This document shows, piece by piece, positions 26,129 to 38,750 of a stretch of 64,000 nt of DNA. How positions within the stretch are numbered: position 1 is the first letter of the stretch; every line of letters starts with the position of its first letter. Position numbers and translations under genes: made by a program. The notes below the pieces were generated by a model. The model worked only from the letters and a program-made list of their open reading frames with translations, searched no databases and was not told the DNA's origin. Source of the stretch: Dipteris shenzhenensis (lineage: Eukaryota); assembly GCA_047967505.1 (NCBI GenBank), contig CM106538.1; one strand, 5' to 3'.

Positions 26129-29100
26129 TACTAATACACATGGGCCCTATTCCGATGCTTAAGCACTAACGTTTAGCATGCGTGGGGTGCTAATCGTCAG
26201 TAACCAAAGTGGGATTCGTTAAGTGTCGCTATATAGCCAAGTTTAAAGAGCATCACTATATAGCGACATTTATTAGACTTGTAAATAGTCGCTATATAGC
26301 GACACTTATTAGACTTGTGAATGGTCGCTATATAGTGACACTAAGACAATTTCCTATAGCGATGTTTTACAGAGAGTGTTTTTTTCCATACCGACTTTAA
26401 AAGATAGTTTTCCCCAATGACAAAATTTTTTTCCCTTTTCATACATGTTTGATCCTTTGAGAGAATAAAAGTACAAGAGCATGTACATCAAGCCTTTGAA
26501 GCTCATATATTCATGTCTAAGTTTGAGATGAAAAAAATCAATGAAGAGCATTGACATCAACAGCTTCATCCTAAGCCAAGTTTAATGCACCAAACAAGTC
26601 TAACTCTAACTCTATACCGAGTTGATCTCCTATCATCATTGTACTCTAGCATCGTACATTCACCTAAGACTTGATCATCTTCTTCAATAAAGTGTGGTGA
26701 TTCTTGATGATTGTCATCTTCTTCCTCAATATCGTGATCTCCATCTTCCTCTCGTACGATGTCATTATGTGTATCTTTTTCTTGGCTCATATTATGATCT
26801 TTATCTTCTTTGCTAGATCCATCCGGATCAATTGGATCCAAAATTGGTAGTGGCATCTCCATATCCACGTCTCTATCTTCAAAAATTTGCTTACTTCATG
26901 GTGCAACTTGGATCACGTACCACCATCTTGGATCAAAACGATCCGGATGAAAAATCACCTATATTAAAGATGGGTGCCAAATGCCATCAATTATATATAT
27001 GAAATTATGCTTAAGTACATGTATCAATGGATCTTAAAAAATGAAAGCGATGATTAATTAAATCATTAGTATGCACCTCCTCACAATGCTCGGGAAGAAC
27101 AAAAGCATCATTTTCATTGGTCCAAAGTTTGGTGGAGTCTATTCCAAAGAAACCACAACTGTCTTTTCTTACTATCGCATGGGGACTATTGTAAATAGTT
27201 CTAGACCATTTTACATCAAGAATGGAAATACTAAATTATCTGAAATCAATTTCATAGATTTTGTGTGTGGTTCCACAATAATCCAACTGTGAGGAGAGAA
27301 GATTGGTATCCAAAGCACTTGCTCGGCTATCTTGTGTGAAGTTAGCCATGACTTCACAATCATACATGACTCTCTTTGAATCGATGCATTTCACGCGAAA
27401 ATGGCATCCATATGACCATAATGGACTATACTTTTTGTACTGCAAAAGAGCATCATTAAAACAATGAAGATGCATCTATTTTATAGCGTATATTGTCACA
27501 AATAATTACTTTATTATGTCAAGAGGTAAGAAACTTACATGCATCATACATCCAGATGATAACTCTCGCTCGCACTTGTTTATTGTCTCTCCATCGCGTT
27601 CGGCTTTACGTAGAGCCAGTTGTAGCCAATGAAGTGACATGTAAGTGGGGAGATAGGTGAGATCCCATGGATATGGTTGCGATCGCCTGTACATTACTCT
27701 GAATCTCATCCTTGCATTTATTCTTTCTACTTTGGCTGCTTCATATCTCTCAATCCACTTCTGCATCTCCTTGCTATTGAGGATACAAAGCTTATTGAAT
27801 TTCTCCATTTGCTCTTCGCTCATCTTTCTTTCAATCCCTTTTCCTTGGTGAACCTCACCAACGATGTGATCATCATCCTTGTTATGCCAAGCTTGCGGCA
27901 TATTGGGATCTGTGGATGCAAGAAACTCCGTGATATATACTAATGACTCTTGCACAAGCCATCCCTCTACCATGCTTGCTTCCGGTCTAACTCTTTGTCT
28001 TACAAATCCCTTCAAAGTTTTCATAAACCGCTCGAGAAAAAATATCGACTGACTATGAACGGTACCTGCAATGGCCACCTCATCAACTATGTGCACAAGC
28101 AAGTGCACTTGAGTTGTCTTAATGCTCGAGGGAAAGTGCTTCTTAAGCAAGCGTACGGCTTCGATGGATTCCATCATAGCCTTATCGATGCTCGATATAG
28201 AGATCTGTTTTTGAGATATCCACCTATTTCACATGCCCATGTAAGATATATTCATAATCAGTCTAGAGATTATTCAACTTAAATTGAAGAAAATGCAATC
28301 AATGCGATTTGATAGTAAGCACACCTCACAATACCACTGATTTTGAATATAGCATTTCTACCATCTTCTTGTAATAAGTACCCTTTTATTGTAATTGGAA
28401 GAATGAACTATCAAAGCAACAAAGAAGTCATGTCAATAATATAACATAATCATAATTACACTAATGCATCACGATTATCAGTATACTAATCCTACATTAG
28501 AATACCTGTAAGACCTTGTGCCAATCATGGGAATCCTCAATGTGCCATCAGTGGACCGATGAGATGCATGCCAAGTCATCAACTCCGCTATGGATTTGCA
28601 TCGGAACATGTGTTGTATTCTTGCAATGATGGGAAAGTGTCTCAAGACCTTTACCGGTATCTACTCACCTTGCAAGTCATCTCTATATCATTGTTCCCCA
28701 CACTTCGGCTAAATCTCCATGCTCACGATGATGAAAGAGAATACAATCATTATGGCAAGCATGGATGGTATCATAATCCATACCCACAGTTGTTAGCATC
28801 TTCTTTGCTTCATCTCTTGATGTGGGCATGGTATTTGGTGTAGGCAACATCTTCTGGAGTAACCTATCACAGTTCAAACATACATAGGCTTGGAATAATG
28901 ATGATTCTCAAACATACATGATGATTCTCACCTCTCTTTTTCGTTTTCCCCTTTTCTTTCTCTTTTCCCCTTTTCTTTCTCTTTTTCCCTCTTTCAAAGC
29001 AACAAAGAAGTCATGTCACTAATCCTACAGCTTGAAATACCTGTAAGACATTGAGCAAGCTTAGAATCCTACAGCCTAACATTGAGCAAACATTTATAGA

Positions 29101-30460
29101 CTCCAACACTCTTTAAATTAGAGTGATAGAAGTCTGTATCTATTTGCTCAATGGTAGGCTATTAAAGCTTCACATGGGAAAAAAGAGAGGAGAAAAGAGA
29201 GAAAAAGAGAGGAGAAAAAAGAGAGAAAAAGAGAGGAGAAAGAGGAGAAAAGAGAGGAGAAAAAAGACAGAAAAAGAGAGGAGATAAGAGAGAAAAAGAG
29301 AGAAAGTGAAAAGAGAAAAATTGGGGATAAAAGAGAGAAAAAAAGAGAAGGAAAGAGAGGGGAAAAGAGAGGAAAAGAGAGGAGAAAAAAGACAGAAAAA
29401 GAGAGGAGATAAGGAGAAAAAGAGAGGAGAAAAGAGACGAAAACTAGAGAGGATAAAAGAGAGAATGACAAAAGAAAGTCACAATTTAAACATACATAGG
29501 CTTCAAATAATGATGATTCTCAAACATACATACATGATTCTCAAAACATACAATATCCAAATAATGAGTCAAATTAATGCACGATCTAACCTCATTAAGG
29601 CCGAGACACTTGTATCTGACCACCGATATTTTGCTTGCAGATTCAAGATTCAGAGACAAGCCTATAGTTTAGACATCCTAGCACCCTCGTTCAACTATGT
29701 TGATTGCAACTCCCGCATATTGACCTCAGACTCTGACATCACGTGTACATGTGATGTAGTGTCCCTAAAAATAGAATCCATCATGTTCCCATATCCTCGT
29801 CATCATTTGGCACATCCAGGAGACTATAGTCTTGCTCAAAGTGTGAAGGTATATGGGCACCCTTGCCACCCTCCTCATCCTGTCTCAAGATTTTGTATAA
29901 ATATAAGATCTTGTCCCAAGGTTTCGTGTCATAATGGTATCCAATATTAATCACAAACTCAAATAGCATTGACTTACCGATGATCCATCACCACGTGCAA
30001 CACCAACAATAGGTACTAGTTCGGACTCCTCCCTATACATCTGCAAGCGGCACATGACAATATGATGTTGATGTCGTACTTCTCGCTTGGAATGAGTGCA
30101 ATGACAATACAACCTCTCCGTAAGCCACTCTACACTCTCAAGCATTGGCGCATCATCTGACGAGTTTCCACTCGTCCCTTCCATTTGCACACTTCCAAAA
30201 TCACAGCATGAGCTACAAGGAAATCTATTAAGATCCAAAAAATAGCCACCCATGAGCTCCTTTTCTCTCTTGTGACAATAGGTGCCCTTAACCGTCGCTA
30301 TATAGCGATGGTTTGCCCTGAACTGTTGCTATATAGCAACGCTTTGCCTTGTTCCGTCGTTGTATAGCGACGCTTTTTGGATAAACGCCGCTATATAGTG
30401 ACTGACCAGCATTGCTATACAGTGACTGACCAGCGTCGCTATATAGCGACGCTGAGGGCT
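26129..30460 (-). mobile_element. CACTA family-B deletion derivative (degenerate transposase, subterminal repeats, putative terminus)
   Basis: Diverged homologue of 13388-16919 plus an acidic last exon (26566-26958). CGCTATATAGCG repeats on both sides. ~1.1-kb internal deletion at ~28530. GA-rich insert at 29175-29480. TACTAATACA at 26129 may be a mutated CACTA end. Confidence 0.8.
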
Positions 30461-31092
30461 TAAACCCAAACCCCCGCACGATGCCGTCTTTCACATGTCT
30501 ATTGCAAGAAAAAAAAATTCTCCTCCCACGTTATATTCGACGACCTCGCTTTCTGGCTCCTCTCTATTCCCCACTCCTCACCCCTACCTAGCCCCTCTCC
30601 CAACACTTGTGCTCCCTTTCCACTCTTCTCCCTGTCTGCTTGTGTGAATTTTGAAAGAAAGTTTTTTAAGAAGGTGGGTCTCTTAAACAATGTAGATTCA
30701 TTTTTTATGAGATTTCATTTTGTGAGTGTTGAAGCATGTTTCTCCTTTTATTTCTAAGTCTATGTGCTAATTTTCATGCTTGATTTTCAAAGCTTAAGGA
30801 CAAAAAAAGAGATTTGGTGAAAGAAAGAAGACTCACCTCTTCTCTTTTTGGTATTTCTCTTCCTCCTCTTTCTCCTTGTTTGTAGGATGATGCTTTCTCC
30901 TTGTTTGTAGGCATCTCCAAACTCATCCAATCCCTTTGAAAAGTTGCTCCTCCTTCCTCTAACTAGTTATCTGAAAAAATGGTATGTTTTCTCTTTTTTG
31001 TAGGCCCGCCAAAACACGAAACACGGTTCGAGCTGACTTTTCTCTTATGCATATGCTTTCCCTCATATGCATTGTGAGCAGGTACATACTAA

Positions 31093-31815
31093 TGAATTTC
31101 TCCATTTGCTCTTCACTCATCTTTCTTTCAATCCCTTTTCCTTGAGGGACCTTACCAATGGTGCGATCATCATCCTTGTTGTGCCAAGCTTGCGGCATAT
31201 CAGGATCCGTGGATGCAAGAAACTCTGTGATATATACTAACGACTCTTGCACAAGCCATCCCTCTACCATGCTTGCTTCCGGTCTTGCTCTTTGTCTTAC
31301 AAACCCCTTTAAAGTTTTCATAAACCGCTCGAGAAAAAACATCCATGGATTATGAACGGTACCTGCTATAGCCACCTCATCAACTATGTGCACAAGCAAG
31401 TGGACTTGAGTTGTCATAATGCTTGAGGGAAAGTGCTTCTCAAGCAAGCATATGGCTTCGATGGATTCCACCCTAGCCTTCTCGATGCTCGATATAGAGA
31501 TCTCTTTTTGAGATATCCACCTATTTCACATGTCCATGCATATGTAAGATATTTGAGATATCCACCTATTTCACATGTCCATTAAGAAAATACATAATGC
31601 GATTTGATAGTAAGCATACCTCACAATACTACAGATCTTGAATATAGCATTTCTAACATCTTCTTGTAAGCACCCTTTTATTGTAATTGGAAGGATGAAC
31701 TATCAAAGCAACAATGAAATCATGTCAACAATATAACATAATAATAATTACGCTAACGCATCACTATTATCGGTACACTAATTCTACTTAGAATACCTGT
31801 AAGACCTTGTGCCAA
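31093..31815 (-). pseudogene. CACTA family-B transposase fragment (copy of 14113-14835)
   Basis: Near-identical to 14113-14835, including the 33-bp duplicated acceptor region. Confidence 0.88.
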
Positions 31816-32129
31816 TTACACTAATTCTCTTTTTGGTATTTCTCTTCCTCCTCTTTCTCCTTGTTTATAGACTTATGCTTTCTCCTTGTTTGTAGGCTTC
31901 TCTAAACTCATCCAATCCCTTTGAAAAGTTGCTTCTCCAAACTCCTCCTTCCTCTAACTAGTTATCTGAAAAAATGGTATGTTTTCTCTTTTTTGTAGGG
32001 CTAGGCCACGAAACACGGTTCGAGGCTTTTCTAGGTAAGAAAGTGCTTCCTATTTTTCCCTTTTGTTATTTTCGTTATTTGCATTGGCCTACAGCTAACG
32101 CCTTAAGCGTTAGCTGGAGTGATGGGCAT

Positions 32130-33240
32130 AGGCACCCTCTCTTTCCCTCTCTTTCCCTCTCTTCTCTTATTCCCTCTCTCTTTTTCTCTTATTCATATGT
32201 TTTTCCTTCTCTTATGCTTATGCTCTTTTCCCCTCTTCTTTTTCCCTTCTTTCAATCGCCTTTCCCCTCTTCCTTCTCTTATTTTCCACTCTTTTTTCCT
32301 CTCTTTTTCTCCTCTTTTTATAAGCTCATAAGCACAATCTTATGCTTTCTCTCTTTTTCTCTTATGCTTATATGCTCATGCATAAGCATAAGCATATGCT
32401 GTCTTTCTTTTTCTCTTATGCTTATGCTCTTTTTCCCTCTTCCTTCTCTTATGCTTATGCTCTTTTCCTCTCTTCTTTTCCCCCTCTTCCTTCTCTTCTT
32501 TTTTCCTCTTCTTTTTCCCCTCTTTCAATCTCTTTTCCCCTGTTCCTTCTCTTATGCCTATGCTCTTTTCCCCTCTTTGAATCGCTTTTCCCCTCTTTCG
32601 ATCTCTTTTCCCCTCTTCCTAAAGTCTCTTATGCTTATGCTCTTTTCCTCTCTTCTTTTTCCCCTCTTTCGATCTCTTTTCCTCTCTTCCTTCTCTTATG
32701 CTTATGCTCTTTTCCTCTCTTCTTTTTCCCCTTTTTCGATCTCTTTTCCCCTTCTCCTTCTCTTTTTTTTCCCCCTTCTTTTTCCCCTCTTTCAATCTCT
32801 TTTTCCCTCTTCCTTATGCTTATGCTTATGCATGAGCATATGTCTCCTCCTTCTTCTCTTCTTTTCCTTTTCTAATGCTTATGCTTATGCATGGGCATAT
32901 GTCTTCTTCTTCTTCTCCTTCTCCTTGTCCTTTCCTTCTCTTCTTTTTCCCTCTCTTTCTCTCTTCTTTTCATAAGTATATGCCTATGCCTATGCCTATG
33001 CTTATGCTTATGCTTATGCATGAGCATATGCTCATATGCTTATGTATAAGCATAAGCACATGCTTTCTCTCTTTTTTCTCTTATGCATATTTGGTTCTTT
33101 TTCCCTCTTTCAATCTCTTTTTTCCTTTTCTTTCTCTTCTTTTCCCCTCTGCTTCTCTTATGCTTGTCCTTCTCTTTTGCTTCTCTTATGCTTCTCCATC
33201 TCTTATGCATATGCTTTCCCTCATATGCTTTTCGCTTCTT
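32130..33240. repeat. CT-rich tract with (CTTATG)n
   Basis: Inverted paralogue of 11930-13040. Confidence 0.9.
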
Positions 33241-33467
33241 ACTTGCTCTTGTTTTCTGTATTTTGTTTTCGTGTTTGTGTCTACGTTTGTCCAATCCCCC
33301 CAAATTGGATATGGGATCACGTCGCACGTTCAACGAGTACAAAAACCCTCATAGGAGGAGACATCATGATCTCTGTTCTCCATAGGACTTTGATTCCACT
33401 CAGGCGACACCTCAAGGGCCTACCCTTGCGACTCCACTCAGGCGACACCTCAAGGGCCTACCCTTGC

Positions 33468-35577
33468 GACAACACTTCTACAACCGGCTGCAATGGACTC
33501 CATCAAATGGCAACTTAAGTAGAGCTCACAAGAGGTGACCAGCACCAATAGCCTCTCAGTTCTGACCAGCGACTTTATAGACGGCACTACCAACGAGTTG
33601 GCCTCCGACAAGCACCCAATCGACTCACGGGCCAAGCTTTAACGACTCCATCTCTTGCATAGTCAGATCGTGCATAGCAGCTTCAAATAGCTAGGGCTTT
33701 TCCCACTGTGACTCCACGGCAAGTGCCTAGCACATCAACTCTAGACCATCAACTGCTCCCGCAACAATGTTCTGCATCAAGGAACGTCTACAAAGCAAAA
33801 GCCTCAAGACGAGGCAACGGACTATTTAAGAGACCCGACTCCCACGGTAGCAACCAGGCTCATCTACGGCAGCCCGCTCTCGCTCCATGCAAATCAAGCC
33901 TTCCCTAACCCGAAGGCAACCGACGAGCGATCTCCCTTAACACTGCTAGTGGCAAGCTCTCAAGAGGCTCGACCAGTGTATTAAGGAGAGCAGCTTCTTC
34001 GCTCCAATAGCAAGAGCTAGAGTTCGTTCGGCGAGCAAGTTCCATGCAATACAACGAGCCAATAGTTCTGTCAGCAACTTCTTGCAAATGCATCTCCACA
34101 CATAGCCTCTCAACGGACTGCCAACCTCCAAGCTGCAACGATCCTTGCTCACAGCAAGACGGCTCCTACCTTCAATGCTGCTCGACAACCCATGCTGCAT
34201 GATCATCAACACACCCCTTCACAGTCACACTCGCTCCTCACAGCACCTTGCTAAGCATCACATCGAGCGAGAAGAAGACGCAGCAGAGGGAGAGAAATGG
34301 AATGCCCACAACCAGACGTGGAGATAAGGATAGGCTTGATTAGTGAGGCTTGGTCAGTAATTGGCTAAGTGGAAATGCCACATGGCAGATAGGTGTAGTT
34401 AAGTGAAGTTTATGGTTAGGTTTGTTTAAACTTTGGGTTAACTCATTTAGTTAAGAGTATGCCACATGGCTAAATCAGAGTCTGGTTAACTTAACCCACC
34501 ATGGCTAGAGTTAGGGTTAGTTATGCCATATCAGCATGCACAGTCAGCAGTGCCACCAAGGCAGTAACCTCTTGCTAAGCACAGTAGTGTGAGTGCAGCA
34601 TGTGAATCCTCGTGACACATCATCAAAGGCCCCTCTTCTTCATCAAAACTTCGATAAGCCGTAGCTTCCAATCCAGGAGGAATCTAGACATGCTCCAAAA
34701 AGGAAAAATGATCGTCTTTTTGATCTCTACGCATCTGTCAGATCAGAATCATTGTTAGCAATTAGACACTGCCAATATTGAAAGAAATCAATTGGTAAGA
34801 CCTTTGCAACAAATGAAAAAGCAACGCATGAATGCAGAAAGCATGCCAAAAGTACAAGTGCATGAGATGACCATAGCAGGAAGCATGGCATCCACACACA
34901 AAGCATTAAGGCACATGGAATAACAAAGCATCATGCATGAAGCTACACCAAACAAAGAAGCAAACGAGTCGTCATCAAGCCATGAGCCAAAAGGTGACAT
35001 GAATGGAATGTATTGAGAAACCAAAACCTTGCCAACCTTGCCTATATTTTTGTAAATCAAGCCTGACCACCTGAGAGTAGCTATGAAAGCACCCAGGGGA
35101 GGTATTGACATGTAGAAGCCACACTTGACCACCTTAAGTAGTAGTGCATGCACTAAGGGGAGGTGATGGAATGCAACTCACATCTAACCACCTTGGAGTA
35201 GCCAAAGGATCATGGCACCAAGGGGAGGTGTTGAGAGATATGGTGCCATGAGCACATAGATTAAAGGGCTAAGGTATGGTATAAGAAAGAATTAAAGTAG
35301 CCACCCTAGGATGTGGACTACATGATGTGGAGATGTGGATTGAGGATATCCACAAGGAGAGAGGTGGATGAGAGGATCACACATGTGTTGACTATTCAAA
35401 GGGCACTCTCTATATAAGAGGCCTATCATGTATGGTTGAGAATAGCACATTTGGAATAGATTGAGTGTTTCATACTTACCGTCTCTCTCCCGATGGCTTT
35501 CCGTATTTGGTTTGATCCTCCGTGATCTTTATGCTCATTAAGTGATAGATTAGGCTAGTACAATCCACACTTTGTTA
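33468..35577 (+). mobile_element. 5'-truncated copy of the non-autonomous LTR element
   Basis: Internal region, then PPT (35220-35228) and 3' LTR 35229-35577, followed by ATTTC. 5' LTR and PBS removed by a deletion. Confidence 0.92.
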
Positions 35578-36850
35578 ATTTCCTATAGGGTTGGTTGTCT
35601 TAGTGGTGGAATTATACCTTTCCACCACAGCATGAGATCCAATCGAAGTATTATTTCTCTGAACAGGTGACGCATGATTGAGTTATTGGTTTTTTTATGG
35701 CCTCATTATATTGAATTATTTCAGTAGTCATATTTTTTTTCAATGCCATATTGCAGGTTGCTATATTTGTGCACATTAGCTATCGTCATGCGCAGGCTCA
35801 TGTGGATGGCATTGATAGCACCATGGACTCACCCGTCATTGTGCGAGAGTATCACTTCTACATTAGTGATGATCGATCGCATGATGCCCATTTTGTGCAG
35901 CATTGCTTCATGTTGCATGATAGTTTCTTGAGGGATCATGGTGTCACATGGCAGGGGCACTGGATCTGGCTAGACGGATGTGGTGGTCAGTTCAAATCTA
36001 CTAGACAGTTTTATTGGTTCTGCAAATGGCACTGTGAGATAGGCATTTCAATCACATGGAGCTACTTTGAGACAGGGCACGATAAGGGAGAGCATGATGG
36101 TGCAGGTGCTTGCATGAAGCGTGCTTTGCGTCGATACCAATTGCGTCATAGTGCCGATCGCTTCAAGGATGCACATGATGTGGTGCGGTGGTGCAGCCAT
36201 CACTTATCCACTAGTGCTATCTCCTCGTTTCAGTCGCGTGACGATAGGGTGGTCAGCCGGTATTTTTGGTGCATGGACATTGGGAGTTTTAATCAGTCTA
36301 GGCCTTTTGATTGTCATTCAGTGTCTGGCACTCTTGATTTCCATTCCATCAGGAGCAAAGGTGAGTCTCACCCGGCAATCTTTTCTCGACGGTTTGCATG
36401 TTTCTTCTTCGCATGCATTGATGATGACTCGAGAGGGTTCACCATGATACCATGGGCCGATCCATGGGCACGGCGAGTGCTTTCTCCCTTCTAGCCTTGG
36501 GAGGAGGTACATGATGATCAGGATGCGGGATTCAGTTCCTCTAGAGATTATGACCATCTTACAGATACGTTGTGTATTGGTGATATCTTCGCGGTCATTG
36601 CTTCGGAGGGCAATCAGGAGGGTGTGGATTATTACTTGTTGAGATGCTCTATGGCGAAGAGTGTGCTGAATGAGGATACAGTGGATGGGCATGGGATGCA
36701 CTTCGATGCTCATAGCATGATCGTAGGTGGCCACTATTTTCAGTAGATACAGAGGCGTGGTCGTTAAATAGAGTTCCAGGAGTACATGGCAGATCAGGAG
36801 GCATACTGCATGTATTCTAGCACATTACATATCATAGTTTTGGGATCATC
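35578..36850 (+). pseudogene. Sola2-like DDD/E transposase pseudogene, longest contiguous segment
   Basis: FPIGLVVLVV[deletion]NYTFPPQHEIQSKYYFSEQ, intron 35667-35756, then ORF to 36494 with DGCGGQFKS, ETGHDKGEHDGAG and GTLDFH..R..ACF..C. Continues across TAG stops. Confidence 0.72.
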
Positions 36851-37149
36851 AGTTGATCAGATAGATTTTTCTTGGGTATCAGTAGTTGATTACATATTTT
36901 TGTATTCGATATGTATAGGCTCACTGTGTGACCGTACCATTGTAATTTTCATGGACTCATATTTTGTATTTCACTATGATGGTTTTATACACATTCATTC
37001 ACATCATTGTATTAGATTCTATTTTATACATGATGTCCATTGTCTTCTCAATGGGATTTGTTATTTCTGTAAAACAAAAAATTGTTTATTAGTAGTTATG
37101 TTGTAATTGTGTTTTGTGCTTTAGGACATTTTAAAAATGTGACTAAGAA

Positions 37150-38468
37150 AATTCGTGCATGCACTAACCAAATACACATGTGGACTTATTTGTTGGGGAT
37201 GAAACTCTACATGGCGCTTAAGGTACCCTAGACCTACATCCATGCAAGATTTGGTCTCCAAATGATTTGGTATGTGCCACATGGAAGGTATAATGCATAC
37301 ATTTTTACAAGCACTCCCTACTAGTGACTATGTATGGAAAATGGTGCACAAACTAACCAAATACACATGTGGACTTATCTATTGGGGATAAACTTCGCAC
37401 GGCTCTTAGGCTACCCTAGACCTACATCCATGCAAGATTTGGTCTCCAATTAATTTGGTATGTGCCACCTGGAAGGTATAATGCGTACATTTTTGCAAGC
37501 ACTCCCTACTAGTGACTACATATGGAAAATGGCACACGTACTAACCAAATATGCATGTGGACTTATTTGTTGGAGATGAAACTTTGCACCACTCTTAGGC
37601 TACCTTAGACCTACATCCATGCAAGATTTGGTCTCCAATTAATTTGATATGTGCCATGTGGAAGGTATAATGCGTACATTTTTGCAAGCACTCCCTACTA
37701 GTGACTACATATGGAAAATGGCGCACGTACTAACCAAATATACATGTGGACTTATTTGTTGGAGATGAAACTTTGCACCACTCTTAGGCTACCTTAGACC
37801 TACATCCATGCAAGATTTGGTCTCCAACTGATTTGGTATGTGCCACGTGGAAGGTATAATGCATACATTTTTGCATGCACTCACTACTAGTGATGACTAC
37901 GTATGAAAAATGGCACACGTACTAAACAAATATGCATGTGGACTCATTTGTTGGGGATGAAACTTTGCACGGCTCTTAGGCTACCCTAGACCTACATCCA
38001 TGCAAGATTTGGTGTCCAACAGATTTGGTATGTGCCACATGGAAGGTAGAATGCGTACATTTTTACAATCCCTACTAGTGACTATATATGAAAAATGGAG
38101 CATGCACTAACCAAATACGCATGTGGACTTATCTGTTGGGGATGAAACTTTGCACAGCTCTTAGCCTACCCTAGACCTACATCCATGCAAGATTTGGTCT
38201 CTAACTGATTTGGTATGTGCCACATGGAAGGTATAATGTGTACATTTTTACAATCCCTACTAGTGACAGCTATGTATGAAAAAAGGCACATGTACTAACC
38301 AAATACGCATGTGGACTTATCTGTTGGGAATGAAACTTTGCATGGCTCTTACGCTACCCTAGACCTACATCCATGCAAGATTTGGTCTCCAACTGATTTG
38401 GTATGTGCGACGTGGAAGGTATAATGTGTACATTTTTACAATCCCTACTGGTAACTACGTATAAAAAA
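37150..38468. repeat. ~188-bp satellite, ~7 copies
   Basis: Paralogue of 19030-20530; lacks one unit and is truncated by a deletion. Confidence 0.95.
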
Positions 38469-38574
38469 TACTGCTTCAAGTAGAAAAAAGAGTACCAAGC
38501 ACTACTTTATGACTAAATCAGTCGCAAGTGACTATGGCAACGTATGAGAGTAAATCAAAATAATGTGTTGTAGA

Positions 38575-38626
<52 letters not shown>

Positions 38627-38718
38627 ATGTGTGTGTCTGTGCACGCACGTGCATGCGTGTGCGTGTGCATGCGTGCACTTGCATGTGTAACTGCATGCGT
38701 GTGTGCATGTGTGCATGC

Positions 38719-38750
<32 letters not shown>

